In this document: positions 51,943 through 62,670 of the stretch, piece by piece
How positions within the stretch are numbered: the stretch's first letter is position 1
Layout of the letters: each line of letters opens with the position of its first letter
Origin: Patescibacteria group bacterium
Lineage (GTDB): Bacteria; Patescibacteriota; Microgenomatia; UBA8517
Reading direction: 5' to 3'
DNA length: 64,000 nt
Assembly (NCBI GenBank): GCA_026416845.1
Contig: JAOAEL010000002.1
Location: 47,422-111,421 of the forward strand
Notes under the pieces: generated by a model
The model's database searches: none
What the model saw: only the letters and a program-made list of their open reading frames with translations
Told to the model about the DNA's origin: nothing
Made by a program: the position numbers and the translations under genes

Positions 51943-54128
51943 TCTTTCTCTATCATGTTATTGCTTATAGACAGCTCTTGCGCTTTAGCTTTTTTATCAA
52001 CAACATCGATATATAACCAATCCATAATTCCAAACCAAATGTCTGACACTAAGTTGCGAATGCCAATATAAGAAACTATTGCCCAAGAAGCGGTAAAAGC
52101 GTTAAAGGTGGCAAAAATAGCATTTCCCCAATTTTCTAATAAAATGTTCCGCCAAGCTGTAAAAATTGAAAAAGCAACAATCAATATAGGTACTACCAAG
52201 TAGATTATTCCCGCTCTTGTGCGATTTTTTACCTTTGGCGTCCTTGCAAAAGGGATTTTCTTGCCGGTTATTGCTTGTTCTATGGACTTCAAAACTCCAG
52301 CTAAATTCACAGGAAGCATAATTAAATTAAATCCATATATCCTAAAAATATCGCTGTACCTATAACCACAATACTTTAAATCGCTAGCCATTGAGATGAA
52401 ATAAGGCATGGCCGCAAGCAAAACCAAAGGACTTAGAAGCCTTCCATCGTAAGGATAAACAAGCAAAAACATAAGCCCAAATGTTGCCCAAGCAATAGAA
52501 GCCATATAATTTACCCTAAGTAAAAATTCTGTCCAAGTAATTGGATCATTCTTTATTTTCCTAATGCGCATTTGCTTTAACAACTTTGCAAGTATAATTA
52601 GTCCGCCATTTGCCCATCTTCTTCTTTGAACAATTAGCGATCCGAAATCAGGAGGTGTTGCACTGTAGCTTAACCTTTCCGGATAATTCATTAATGTCCA
52701 CCCATGCATCCCCAAATCAATGCTGGATTCCGTATCCTCTATTACTGTTCTATCTTGAATATATCTTTTGACTTCCACCCCATTTATATTTTCTATTTCA
52801 ACAATATCTTCGATGGCTTTTTTCCTGATAATCGCATTCGCTCCCACCCAAAAGGTAGCATTGTAATAACTTTTACCTTGATGAAGAATATGTTGGATAT
52901 CTGTTGTAGCTCCAGCAAGATATTCTATTCTTGTATAAGCGCCACGGAACGAGGAATACGGAGTTTGAGCGACAGCAACTCTTTGATTTTCTGGTTGTTG
53001 CATGTAGTAAACAAGTCTTAAGCAATATTCCCTTAGAAGTATAGAGTCCGCATCCAAACTCAAAATAAAATCACTATCCGGTATTACAATAGTGCTTTTG
53101 CCTACATTTTTCGTTGGTATAAGCTCAAGCCCTCTGTCTGTAACCACTTCTTTGTAAGCTTTGCCCATAAGTCCTATATAACTGTTTAAATTCATTGCCT
53201 TGTTCGGCTCGTGGGATAATGAAGCGTACTTTTTGCGTTCAAATACATCTATTTCAGATTTAAAAGTCCAAACAAGCCTATTGTAAAGACTTAAAACTAT
53301 TCGCTTATCAATTTTTGACTTCTCAGAGATAGCATTGTCCAAAGCTTTTTTTACTTCCAAAAAATCTTTTGCCAATTCCAAAATGACTTGATTTACAAAA
53401 AAATCATCAACATGATCTTCTATAACTTCTCTTTTGGCAAAATTTTTCAACCAACTTGCCGCCCACAAATAACAATTAGACAACTTATTTAATTCAGAAA
53501 AATTAGCGGTCTTAGATTCTTTATAACTTTTTAAGAACTCAGACTTTGATTTCCGCATCTTTTTAAAAGGCGCGGAAAACAAATCTCTAATATCGTTTTT
53601 TATATTCCTTGCCCGATTAAGTCTCTCTATTTCTTCCTGTGAGGTTGGATTAGGTTTGTCATCAAGCAGTAAAACCACCCTCAGGTTTGGGTACTCCTGC
53701 AAGAAAGCGGAGATTAAAGTTTTTCTAATAACCGAATATTCCTCATTATAAGAAGGAACCAAAACAGTGATTGAAGGTTTGTATTTTGAAAAATATTTAT
53801 CCAGCGTAAGCCTTGAAACTCTTTTGTGAGCGCTAAAACGCTTCAAGGCTCCATATCTTGCCACAAGATACATCAAAGAAGAGAAAATAAGCATTGAAAC
53901 CACAAAAGAATATCCAATAGCCTCCATAGCGAAACTGTAATTTTGGGGACCATCCATAAGTTGTCTTACTATCACAGACAAAATATAAAAAAACCAAAGA
54001 ATTACAGTTAAAACAATTGCAAGTTTGCTTAAAGCAATTTTTCTAAGCGATGGAACCTCATGAAGAATGCTAAGAGGTATAGTAGACTTTTCAGTACCCC
54101 ATTGACGTTTGCGCTTGGTTGTAATCAT
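51906..54128 (-). CDS. Processive family-2 glycosyltransferase, chitin-synthase-like (QRRRW motif)
   Basis: Membrane-embedded GT2 with DD (VLLLDDKPN), DxD (SLDADS), TED and QRRRWANG motifs. TM helices at both ends. 740 aa. Overlaps the downstream GH18 gene by 37 nt. Confidence 0.75.
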   Translation of the reverse strand: MITTKRKRQWGTEKSTIPLSILHEVPSLRKIALSKLAIVLTVILWFFYILSVIVRQLMDGPQNYSFAMEAIGYSFVVSMLIFSSLMYLVARYGALKRFSAHKRVSRLTLDKYFSKYKPSITVLVPSYNEEYSVIRKTLISAFLQEYPNLRVVLLLDDKPNPTSQEEIERLNRARNIKNDIRDLFSAPFKKMRKSKSEFLKSYKESKTANFSELNKLSNCYLWAASWLKNFAKREVIEDHVDDFFVNQVILELAKDFLEVKKALDNAISEKSKIDKRIVLSLYNRLVWTFKSEIDVFERKKYASLSHEPNKAMNLNSYIGLMGKAYKEVVTDRGLELIPTKNVGKSTIVIPDSDFILSLDADSILLREYCLRLVYYMQQPENQRVAVAQTPYSSFRGAYTRIEYLAGATTDIQHILHQGKSYYNATFWVGANAIIRKKAIEDIVEIENINGVEVKRYIQDRTVIEDTESSIDLGMHGWTLMNYPERLSYSATPPDFGSLIVQRRRWANGGLIILAKLLKQMRIRKIKNDPITWTEFLLRVNYMASIAWATFGLMFLLVYPYDGRLLSPLVLLAAMPYFISMASDLKYCGYRYSDIFRIYGFNLIMLPVNLAGVLKSIEQAITGKKIPFARTPKVKNRTRAGIIYLVVPILIVAFSIFTAWRNILLENWGNAIFATFNAFTASWAIVSYIGIRNLVSDIWFGIMDWLYIDVVDKKAKAQELSISNNMIEKDWRKILFHGTPI

Positions 54129-54283
54129 TTTGGAAAAAATTAATACTATTGATTAAATTAATAACTAAATCAAAAAATTTGAGGTAAAAAATTTTCGCAG
54201 GTATAATTATAGGGTATTATTCACATCTTTTCAACTATAGGATTTACATATATTATTAATCAGAGGGTATACCAATCAAATAT

Positions 54284-56098
54284 CTAAACAAGAACAACTT
54301 GAGAATCTTCAAGAATAGGTAATAACCTAATTTTTTCAAACAACTTAGCTTCTTGATATAAATCCACACCTCTAACTACTAAAAGCAGGACAAAGCTTTC
54401 ATCAGAAAATACATTTGATTTGATTTTAATAATATCACCGCCAAATTCGGATATCACACCTGATAAAGCAAATAATATACCTTGTCTGTTTCTCCCAAAC
54501 ACTCCGACAGAAGAATATCCTAGTCTTTCTTTAGTAACACCAAGATCCTGCAAACTAAAAGCAAGTTCTTCCAAATTTTTCGCTCCCGAACCTATATCAT
54601 GGTATAAATCAAAAATAGTTGAAATACTCAAATGATTCAAAATCTGATTTAACAAATGCTCTGGCAAGTCAGTTAAATCAATTACCCCAATTCTATTCTC
54701 AATAAGAAAATTTCGCACTTTATTAAATCCAAGCTTCTGTTTATTTTTATCATCTATTCTACGGTTAACTTCCATCAAGCACTTCCTAGTGCCAAAGCCA
54801 ACTTTATCTAGAATTTCTTTTGGGTAAGGATCAACTCTTTCCTCATCTAAAATTGAAACTTCTACAACTTGCGCATTTTCCAAAGGTTGATCCGAAGAAA
54901 CAATTTGATTGTTCACACGTATTTCAAAATTTTTACCAAGCATTTGAGGATCATACTTATACACAAAATCCAACCCTTTGCTTCCGGGTGGCAAAAACCA
55001 AATTCTATTCTCTGTGTCAAGAAACATCACAATGTTGCGTTGTGACAAGCCATTTCTCAAATCATAAACCGCTCCCCACATATTTCTCTCATGAACTGAT
55101 TTGGTTTCAAAAACTATCTCAACAGCTCCTTGTTCCATAATTAGTGTTGTCTGCATGGCCTCATAGCCGGAATCAGACTTCTTTGGACCAACATAAAAAT
55201 TATTACGCGATTCATCTATAAATACGCCAAGCTTTGACGCGGCAAGTCTGCCAACCATTCGATGCAAAAACTCAATTCTTTCCTCTTCATTGCCAATGTC
55301 AGGGAAAATTAAATGGCAACTCGCAACATCACCTATATCTGAAATTTCCCCAAGCCTTCTTCTTCTTGCTTTATCATATATGTGCCAGATACCGCCACGA
55401 ATTATTTTTACACAACAATCATTACCAAAAAGGCTCTGAAAATAAATTTCCATTTGTCTAACAAAAGACTCATTTAAACGAGGATCACTATCTACAAGAC
55501 AAGAGATTCGTGAAAACTCTGAAGGATTGAATACTTCAAAAGCATTATCACAAATTCTATTTCTTATCTCCCACATCCCAAGCGCTTCCGCCAAACCAAG
55601 TCCATAAACTCTCAATGATTCTTCCGCTTTTCTAAATCTTTTCTCAGTATCTCTTATCGCACCCAAAGTTTGACTATTATGAAAATGGTCAGCCATTTTA
55701 AGAATTAAAACCCTGATGTCTAAACTTCCTTCCTTAAGAAGTTTCTCAAAGTATATTCTTACACTATCTTCCCTACTATTGCCCAATCTAAATTTAGAAA
55801 CAGCCATCACTAACTTTGTAACTTCTTCGCCAAAAAGCCGAATCAATGTTTTTTCATTTGCTTTTCCATCCTCAATAACATCGTGCAACCATGCGGCGAC
55901 AACAAGATTGGGATCATTATTAATTCTAAAAACTTCTTCAATATTTCTTGCAGTTTCTTCCAGATGAGTATATACAGGAGTTGTTCCATCGTCCCGTAAA
56001 GCTCCTGAGTACCATCTTTTGACTACTGTCTTTGCCAAATCAACTAAAGAAATAGGAATCTCTTTTGTACTTGCGTCTGTGCCTCTCTCCAAAAGCAT
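54284..56098 (-). CDS. rel: Bifunctional (p)ppGpp synthetase/hydrolase Rel (RelA/SpoT homolog)
   Basis: HD hydrolase motif AAWLHDVIEDG, a RelA_SpoT nucleotidyltransferase domain and C-terminal TGS/ACT-like regions. 604 aa. Confidence 0.8.
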   Translation of the reverse strand: MLLERGTDASTKEIPISLVDLAKTVVKRWYSGALRDDGTTPVYTHLEETARNIEEVFRINNDPNLVVAAWLHDVIEDGKANEKTLIRLFGEEVTKLVMAVSKFRLGNSREDSVRIYFEKLLKEGSLDIRVLILKMADHFHNSQTLGAIRDTEKRFRKAEESLRVYGLGLAEALGMWEIRNRICDNAFEVFNPSEFSRISCLVDSDPRLNESFVRQMEIYFQSLFGNDCCVKIIRGGIWHIYDKARRRRLGEISDIGDVASCHLIFPDIGNEEERIEFLHRMVGRLAASKLGVFIDESRNNFYVGPKKSDSGYEAMQTTLIMEQGAVEIVFETKSVHERNMWGAVYDLRNGLSQRNIVMFLDTENRIWFLPPGSKGLDFVYKYDPQMLGKNFEIRVNNQIVSSDQPLENAQVVEVSILDEERVDPYPKEILDKVGFGTRKCLMEVNRRIDDKNKQKLGFNKVRNFLIENRIGVIDLTDLPEHLLNQILNHLSISTIFDLYHDIGSGAKNLEELAFSLQDLGVTKERLGYSSVGVFGRNRQGILFALSGVISEFGGDIIKIKSNVFSDESFVLLLVVRGVDLYQEAKLFEKIRLLPILEDSQVVLV

Positions 56099-56351
56099 TT
56101 TTAAATAATTTTAACTAATTGGCAATATTATCTCCAATGTAATAAAAAAAAGCCCATGTCAACCTTGTCTCCCGCACAAATATCAGCTCTTTTGTGGAAA
56201 TTATACCGATTTAAAGGGAAAATGCAAAGAAAGACTTTGTGCTTTCTATTTAAAAAAACCACGGAAGTTGATCTAACACCAGCCTTATACGGCATACCAA
56301 TAGTAAAACAACTTCTTGAATTGACAGAATAAAGTTAACAAAGTTAATATA

Positions 56352-56894
56352 TTGAAATTTAATATAAGACTTTGTATCCCCATTTTATTTGGAATAAAAA
56401 TGGACAATGAAAATAATAAAACAAATAAGCTATCAACTTTGGGAGTTATTGCTATTTCTGCCTTTCTTATAATCTTTTTATTGAACCAAAATCTACAAAC
56501 AAAAAACAATATCAATAATAAACTACAATCCGAAGAAAAATCAGCAGTTGAAACAAAAACAGAAGAAGAAAACGAGCTTGAGATAGAAGACCTTGTGATT
56601 GGCACTGGGAAGGAAGCCCAAAACGGCAAAAAGGTCAGCGTAAATTACAAAGGAACACTAACCAACGGCGTTCAATTTGATAATTCCTACGATCGCGGAA
56701 GACCTTTTACTTTCACCTTAGGTGTTGGCGAAGTTATCAAAGGCTGGGATCAAGGCATTGTTGGAATGAAAGTAGGAGGAAAAAGAAAACTTACAATTCC
56801 ACCATCGCTAGCTTACGGCAGTAAGAACTTGGGAACTATACCGCCCCACTCTACTCTTATTTTCGAAGTTGAATTGTTAGAAGTAAAAGATTAG
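56352..56894 (+). CDS. FKBP-type peptidyl-prolyl cis-trans isomerase
   Basis: KVSVNYKGTLTNGVQFDNSYDRGRPFTFTLGVGEVIKGWDQGIVGMKVGGKRKLTIP. Confidence 0.9.
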   Translation: MKFNIRLCIPILFGIKMDNENNKTNKLSTLGVIAISAFLIIFLLNQNLQTKNNINNKLQSEEKSAVETKTEEENELEIEDLVIGTGKEAQNGKKVSVNYKGTLTNGVQFDNSYDRGRPFTFTLGVGEVIKGWDQGIVGMKVGGKRKLTIPPSLAYGSKNLGTIPPHSTLIFEVELLEVKD

Positions 56895-57673
56895 TTTTGG
56901 TGTTGCTCAAGCTCCTTTCCTTCATTAACTTCATCATGTTCATGAGGTAAAGTTTGGTTAATTGCAAACATCAGAGCTACCCCAACCAAAAAAGGTAACA
57001 AAATTTTAGCTCCATCTTTCCTAATCTGAAAAAAATTTGGCATGAATTCAAAAATCGCCAAATACAAAAAAACCCCGGCAGAGATAGACATAAAAATTCC
57101 AACTGCAAAAGGATCAACTCCTGATAAATAATAGGCTAAAAAAGCTCCAATGATAGCAGTTGCAGAAGACAATAAATTTACAATAATAATGTTTTGCTTT
57201 CTCATGCCAGATTTTAACATTACCCCAAAATCGGCTATTTCATGTGGCACTTCATGGGCAAAAGCCGAAAGCGCGGCAAAAAACCCCAAAACTGGATTAA
57301 TAACAAAGCTTGTTCCTATTGCAACACCATCAAGAAAATTATGAATGCTATCCCCAAATACTAAAAAGAAAATTTGTCCCTTTATCCTAGCAGTGTGCGA
57401 TTTTTCATGAATTTTATTTAACAAAACCTTTGCAAAAAATATCAAAACCAAAAAAAATAAAACATAGAAATAAGCAATATTCCCAAGGTAGTGTAATGAT
57501 TCTGGAACTAAATTTTGCAGTGAAACAAATATTAAAACACCCGCGGCAAAAGAAGTTGCAAACCTAGATAAAAAATTTTCCCAAGTTTTTTTGTACAAAA
57601 ATATCAAGCCACCCACAAGCCCTAACACACTTGCAAGCAAGCTAATTAAAAATAAGTACAAAATTTCACCCAT
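56891..57673 (-). CDS. ZIP-family divalent metal transporter (ZupT-like)
   Basis: HEVPHEIADFGV signature and 8 TM segments. 260 aa. Confidence 0.8.
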   Translation of the reverse strand: MGEILYLFLISLLASVLGLVGGLIFLYKKTWENFLSRFATSFAAGVLIFVSLQNLVPESLHYLGNIAYFYVLFFLVLIFFAKVLLNKIHEKSHTARIKGQIFFLVFGDSIHNFLDGVAIGTSFVINPVLGFFAALSAFAHEVPHEIADFGVMLKSGMRKQNIIIVNLLSSATAIIGAFLAYYLSGVDPFAVGIFMSISAGVFLYLAIFEFMPNFFQIRKDGAKILLPFLVGVALMFAINQTLPHEHDEVNEGKELEQHQN

Positions 57674-57716
57674 CTTCTTATTTTAATATCACTTTAGTTT
57701 ATATTAAAATAATGCG

Positions 57717-59162
57717 ATGAAAAATATTTTATACCCAGCGCATAGCTTAAAACGTACCAAAATAGTCGCAACTATCGGACCAGCTTCTGACTCTTCAAAA
57801 ATAATTGAAAAACTAATCAAAAACGGCCTAAATGTCGCCAGACTTAATTTTTCCCATGGCACACACGAGACTCATTTGGCAAATGCGCAAAAAATTAGAG
57901 AGGCATCGAAAAAATTAGGCAAGCCAGTTGCGATATTGCAAGATTTACAAGGACCAAAAATCAGACTTGGAATTCTTTCAGAAGAAAAAATCAATTTAAA
58001 AAAAGGACAAATTGTTACCTTTTACCATGCCAATCTGCAAATTGACAATAGAATACCAATTCAGGTTGATATTTTCCCTTATCTGGAAAAAAATAATCAC
58101 ATACTCATAAACGATGGTTTAACACGTTTGTCCGTGATCTCTGTTAACAAACAAAAAAAAGAGGCGGTTTGCGAAGTTAAAGTTGCAAATCCAATATCGT
58201 CAAAAAAAGGCATAAACCTTCCAGACACAAAATTGCCAACAATGTCGTTAACTCAAAAAGACATTGAAGATCTTAAAATTACAGAAAAATTAGACGCGGA
58301 TTATGTCGCACTGTCGTTTGTCCAAAGTATAGATGATATTTACGCTTTGAGAAAAATTTTAGGAAAGATGGCAAACCCACCAAAAATAATAGTTAAACTA
58401 GAAACAAAAGAAGCTGTAAAAAATCTTGAATCTTTAATTAAAGAAAGCGATGCTGTAATGGTGGCTCGAGGAGATTTGGCTATAGAAATTGATCCGGAAA
58501 ATGTGCCAATTGTCCAAAAACAAGTCATAAAATTGGCTCGCAAGCATCACACCCCAGTTATTATTGCGACACAAATGCTAGAATCTATGGTCAACAATCC
58601 TGAACCAACAAGAGCAGAAGTAAATGATGTAGCTACTGCCGTGCTTGACAGAGTGGATGCAATAATGCTTTCGGCAGAAACAGCAACTGGAAACTATCCT
58701 GTTGAAGCAGTGGCAATGCAAAAAAGAATTATCAAAAGAGTTGAAAAGCACTACCATGAATCATCCTCTAATTATGCTCTTGACGCTTTGGAAGAAAGTA
58801 CAGACCAAACTACAGGTGTGGCGGCTGCGGCTTGCATACTTGCTCACCAACTAAAAGCATCTTTAATAATTGTAGTCACTTCGTCGGGAAAAACTGCCGC
58901 AAGAGTTGCTTCTTACCGTCCAACAGCTCCAATTATTGGTATTACCGATAACGCAAAAACATTGAATCAACTAACTCTATTATGGGGGGTGAAAGCATTT
59001 CGGTCTCCAGATTATAAAACTGACTTTGAAATCTTTGAATTTGCAAAATTGCAAATAACAAAGCTCGGCTATGTTCAGAAAGGAGACAAAATCGTATTTG
59101 TATCAGGACAAAAACCACATCAACCGGGTAGCACAAATACTATTTCAGTTTTTACCATATAA
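57717..59162 (+). CDS. pyk: Pyruvate kinase
   Basis: RTKIVATIGPAS, NFSHG, MVARGDLAIE and a C-terminal allosteric domain. 481 aa. Confidence 0.9.
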   Translation: MKNILYPAHSLKRTKIVATIGPASDSSKIIEKLIKNGLNVARLNFSHGTHETHLANAQKIREASKKLGKPVAILQDLQGPKIRLGILSEEKINLKKGQIVTFYHANLQIDNRIPIQVDIFPYLEKNNHILINDGLTRLSVISVNKQKKEAVCEVKVANPISSKKGINLPDTKLPTMSLTQKDIEDLKITEKLDADYVALSFVQSIDDIYALRKILGKMANPPKIIVKLETKEAVKNLESLIKESDAVMVARGDLAIEIDPENVPIVQKQVIKLARKHHTPVIIATQMLESMVNNPEPTRAEVNDVATAVLDRVDAIMLSAETATGNYPVEAVAMQKRIIKRVEKHYHESSSNYALDALEESTDQTTGVAAAACILAHQLKASLIIVVTSSGKTAARVASYRPTAPIIGITDNAKTLNQLTLLWGVKAFRSPDYKTDFEIFEFAKLQITKLGYVQKGDKIVFVSGQKPHQPGSTNTISVFTI

Positions 59163-59255
59163 AAACTTAATTTCTTTTACCCAAAAATAACAACTGAAAC
59201 TTAAATAAGTCACAAGCAATTAAAAATTAATCTTAAAAAAAAAAACTTAGCCTTC

Positions 59256-60686
59256 TTAATCAATAAACCTTTTAATTTTAGAAAGAATTATCTGTTTATA
59301 GTTTAGACAACTCTTAGTTTCATACTCCTCTGCAATAAGTTCATAAAAACTTGAATAAAGTAAAAAAGTTAAGTATTGCTTATCTAACGAAGTTGTATAA
59401 ATAGCCAAATTTTGATTTCTACCAACTATTTTTCTTAAAGCATCACTAGTAATCTGCACCGTATTAACGGTATGCTCATCATAAGCATTGTGATAATTTT
59501 CTTCAGAAAATTTCTGGCCCAACAAAGGATGCACTCTTGTTAAGACTTTAATATTGTGTCCTTCACTAACAACATCATTTTTTATAATTTGTATATTCTG
59601 CAAGGCCCCTTGATGTATATCCATGTATGAAGCAGACATCCTGCCACCATTTTTAGCATGAGCATATTCTATTATTTGGGGATCATATAAATTCATTCTT
59701 GGAGCATATGCGGAGTAATCAACGATGAAATTGCAACAACCAACTTTTCTGCCTTTTTTGTCAAAAAAAGTAAGCAGGAAATGGAAATCTATCTCTGCGG
59801 CAAGTATACTGCGAGGAATAAACAATTTATCGTTAAATTTTTTATTGCCTTCTACTAAATTACGAAGAGTACGATAACTTTTGGCGGCAAGATAATCACT
59901 AATTCTCAAAACATAAGGCATGTTAATTTTTATAAACTCAATATCACCGGGAGCACAAGAAATATACCATGCAATCAAATCTATAAAATGATAACTGGTA
60001 TGACTTAAAGTACCTATGCCTTCAAGGTATCCGTGAGCGCCACCTTTGGCTATTTCTTGCGGATATTTATGAATTCCACCATTTAAGATGACATGCATGT
60101 ACCTAATACCTTCTTTGGTCTTGTCATAAATCTCCTGCAAAGACTGAGCAGTCTTCAAATAAGGAGTTAAAGCTCTTCTGCGAAGCGGAGTCATAAAAAT
60201 ATACTTGGGATTACTACTTACAGCCTTTTTATATTTAATTAACAAATCCTCATACTCTATCCTAATTTTTTTTGCGCTAGAAACATTAGAACTACAATTC
60301 ACTTCTGCAATAAGAGGTTTATCACAAAAAACATTAACATGATTTTCAACAGCCCAAGAACAATAAAGATAATGAACACTAGGATTAGTAGACACTATAA
60401 CTAAGTTAGCACCAGTTCTGGCTTTTAAATCATTAAGCATCTGAAAAATAAGTTCACGCTCATAATTGGGCGGATTCAGATAAATTGGTTTGAAAAGCTT
60501 AAGAACCTCATTTAAGTTTGTTCTAACTTCACCTTTGGGAGGAGTGTTTGGGTTAATCTTGTCAATGATCGCAACAACCTTAACATCAATACCTTCTCGT
60601 AAAACAGATAATATTGCAGGATAATAATTTTCCTCACACCATTTTCCTGTGCCTCCTATTACAATGATTCTGATAGATTCCGACAT
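59256..60686 (-). CDS. Gfo/Idh/MocA-family NAD(P)-dependent oxidoreductase (long form)
   Basis: N-terminal Rossmann IRIIVIGGTGKW and a VFCDKPLI (EKP-like) motif. 476 aa. Confidence 0.5.
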   Translation of the reverse strand: MSESIRIIVIGGTGKWCEENYYPAILSVLREGIDVKVVAIIDKINPNTPPKGEVRTNLNEVLKLFKPIYLNPPNYERELIFQMLNDLKARTGANLVIVSTNPSVHYLYCSWAVENHVNVFCDKPLIAEVNCSSNVSSAKKIRIEYEDLLIKYKKAVSSNPKYIFMTPLRRRALTPYLKTAQSLQEIYDKTKEGIRYMHVILNGGIHKYPQEIAKGGAHGYLEGIGTLSHTSYHFIDLIAWYISCAPGDIEFIKINMPYVLRISDYLAAKSYRTLRNLVEGNKKFNDKLFIPRSILAAEIDFHFLLTFFDKKGRKVGCCNFIVDYSAYAPRMNLYDPQIIEYAHAKNGGRMSASYMDIHQGALQNIQIIKNDVVSEGHNIKVLTRVHPLLGQKFSEENYHNAYDEHTVNTVQITSDALRKIVGRNQNLAIYTTSLDKQYLTFLLYSSFYELIAEEYETKSCLNYKQIILSKIKRFID

Positions 60687-60714
60687 GAAAATTTAAAATT
60701 TCTGGAAAAAATTT

Positions 60715-61683
60715 TTACTTGAAAAGCATTTCATAAACTTCGCTTGATATAGAAACAAAAACTTTATTTTTGGCTTGTAAACTTAACTCCTCAGCATGAT
60801 CCCCCGGTAGGTATACTTTCTCAGCTACAAAATCATTAACCTTAGATTCACTAAACGAGTTTCTAAGATCTTGAACAGACTTCATTAGATTATCAAACAT
60901 CAAAAAGCCATAAGGATTTATACATAAAATTAAATAACCCAAATCATATTTGCTTTTTTTGCTAACACTAGACCTGCCAATTGTTAATCCACTAGTTAAA
61001 ATTTCTATTAACACAGACAACGCAAAACCTTTTCTGCCACCAAAAACCTCAACATATTTTGCACTTTCAGGCAAGACTGTATATGAACCTTTATCATCTA
61101 AAAAAGTTTCCTCTGGCAAATTTTCTCTTAACTTACAAGCAAGCCAAGTGTTGGCCATTGCTTTTTTGGAAGTCGCATAATCAATAACAAGAGGTCTTTC
61201 ACCCGGAATAAAAGCTGCCAAAGGATTAGTGCCGGTAATTCCTTTATATCCAACTGCCGGCGATACAACAGCCTCTGATGAATTCATAAGCAAACCAATA
61301 TAATTAGCGCTAGAAAACAGCTTAACCAAAGGTCTTAAGCTACCAATTCTTTGGATGTTATAAATCGATACTAGAGAGATTCCGTATTCTCTAGCTTTAT
61401 TAATCGACAAAAATATTGCATTCCTAATTGCCAAATCACCTATTTGTTTATTGCCATTTAAAAAAATTGTAGCCTTAAATTCTTTTTCAATTTTAGGTTC
61501 ACCTAATTTTTCTTTAAAATATTGCGATTCCCATAATAACTTCCAAACTCCATGAGACTCCCTGCCAGTAATCTCAGAATCTATATAACAATCTGCTAAG
61601 AAAGAAGCATCTTCTTCTTTAATATCTAATTTTCGCAAATAAGCAATCAACCTTAATCTTAGTTCTTCAATTTTTACTTTCAT
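60715..61683 (-). CDS. Ldh_2-family (malate/L-lactate/sulfolactate dehydrogenase-like) oxidoreductase
   Basis: The GRESHGVWKL motif resembles the conserved SHG..R segment of the Ldh_2 family. 322 aa. Confidence 0.4.
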   Translation of the reverse strand: MKVKIEELRLRLIAYLRKLDIKEEDASFLADCYIDSEITGRESHGVWKLLWESQYFKEKLGEPKIEKEFKATIFLNGNKQIGDLAIRNAIFLSINKAREYGISLVSIYNIQRIGSLRPLVKLFSSANYIGLLMNSSEAVVSPAVGYKGITGTNPLAAFIPGERPLVIDYATSKKAMANTWLACKLRENLPEETFLDDKGSYTVLPESAKYVEVFGGRKGFALSVLIEILTSGLTIGRSSVSKKSKYDLGYLILCINPYGFLMFDNLMKSVQDLRNSFSESKVNDFVAEKVYLPGDHAEELSLQAKNKVFVSISSEVYEMLFK

Positions 61684-62635
61684 ACATTATTTGTAGCAAA
61701 ATTTTTGAATCAAAGGAACCCTTTTTTTGATTTAAAAAATTTCTAATTTTTGAAACAAGATTTATTTTTTCATCAACAGTAAAATTAGTTTTATAAGGAA
61801 TGGCCCCCTTCTCAAGCCTATAAAGCATAATAGATAAACACAAAATAAGTGTCATTTTGTAATTAATTTTAGAATTTATTTTGTTCAAGTACATTTCAAA
61901 AAAATCTTCAAACACTTCACTGGGATTCATGCCACTTACTCCTTGAATAATTAAATGAGCCAAAACATATGAAATCTCAAACTCATAATTTCCTCTATGA
62001 CAATACTCCAAATCAAGAAATACAGTCCTGCTTTTATTTATTATGATATTCTTAGGGCAAACATCTCCAAGAATTATATTCCTTTTCAACTTGCACAAAA
62101 GCTTAACCGCATACTTTGCTAATTGTAATGTTTTTGCATGATTTAAAATTCTGTATTTAATATTCAAACGATAAATTCTCTTGTCACAATCACCATGTAT
62201 TGATTGTTTAAGATTTTTAGTTCGTAAATGCACATCAGAAATGGCGTTTATTATTTTCTCACAAATTTGACGCGAAAGTTGAATATCGTCACAAACTAAA
62301 GAATTCTCATCCAAAACATCTTCCATTAGAATTGAGTTGAGACGCAAACTATACCCAAGAAGCTTAGGGAAATATTTTTCCAAACCAGCATTATGCATAA
62401 TTTCCAAAGCCCTTTTTTCATAAAAAATTTTCTTATAATCAACATACAAACTAGGTAATGCTGAATAATGGCTCAATCTTTGTTTAAGAATGTATTTTTT
62501 ACCGCTTTTGGTATATATCCTAAAAACTTTGTGCACTAATCCACCATGAACATGTACACATTTTAAAATTTCATCATTTAACAAATTTGAAACAAATCCC
62601 TCTAATTTATCATCCATAAAAAAGCAAAACCCCAC
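61667..62635 (-). CDS. APH/choline-kinase-like phosphotransferase family protein
   Basis: Brenner-like motif IILGDVCPKNIIIN and a downstream DLEY (DFE-like) motif. Overlaps the upstream gene by 17 nt. Confidence 0.5.
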   Translation of the reverse strand: MGFCFFMDDKLEGFVSNLLNDEILKCVHVHGGLVHKVFRIYTKSGKKYILKQRLSHYSALPSLYVDYKKIFYEKRALEIMHNAGLEKYFPKLLGYSLRLNSILMEDVLDENSLVCDDIQLSRQICEKIINAISDVHLRTKNLKQSIHGDCDKRIYRLNIKYRILNHAKTLQLAKYAVKLLCKLKRNIILGDVCPKNIIINKSRTVFLDLEYCHRGNYEFEISYVLAHLIIQGVSGMNPSEVFEDFFEMYLNKINSKINYKMTLILCLSIMLYRLEKGAIPYKTNFTVDEKINLVSKIRNFLNQKKGSFDSKILLQIMYESKN

Positions 62636-62670
62636 TAAATATAAGTTATTTTTTTTGTTAATATAAACAT

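Noticed and set aside
56285-56629. 114-aa minus-strand ORF overlapping the FKBP gene start
   Set aside because: Low-complexity Ser/Phe-rich translation, antisense to a well-supported PPIase gene and its upstream region. Judged spurious.
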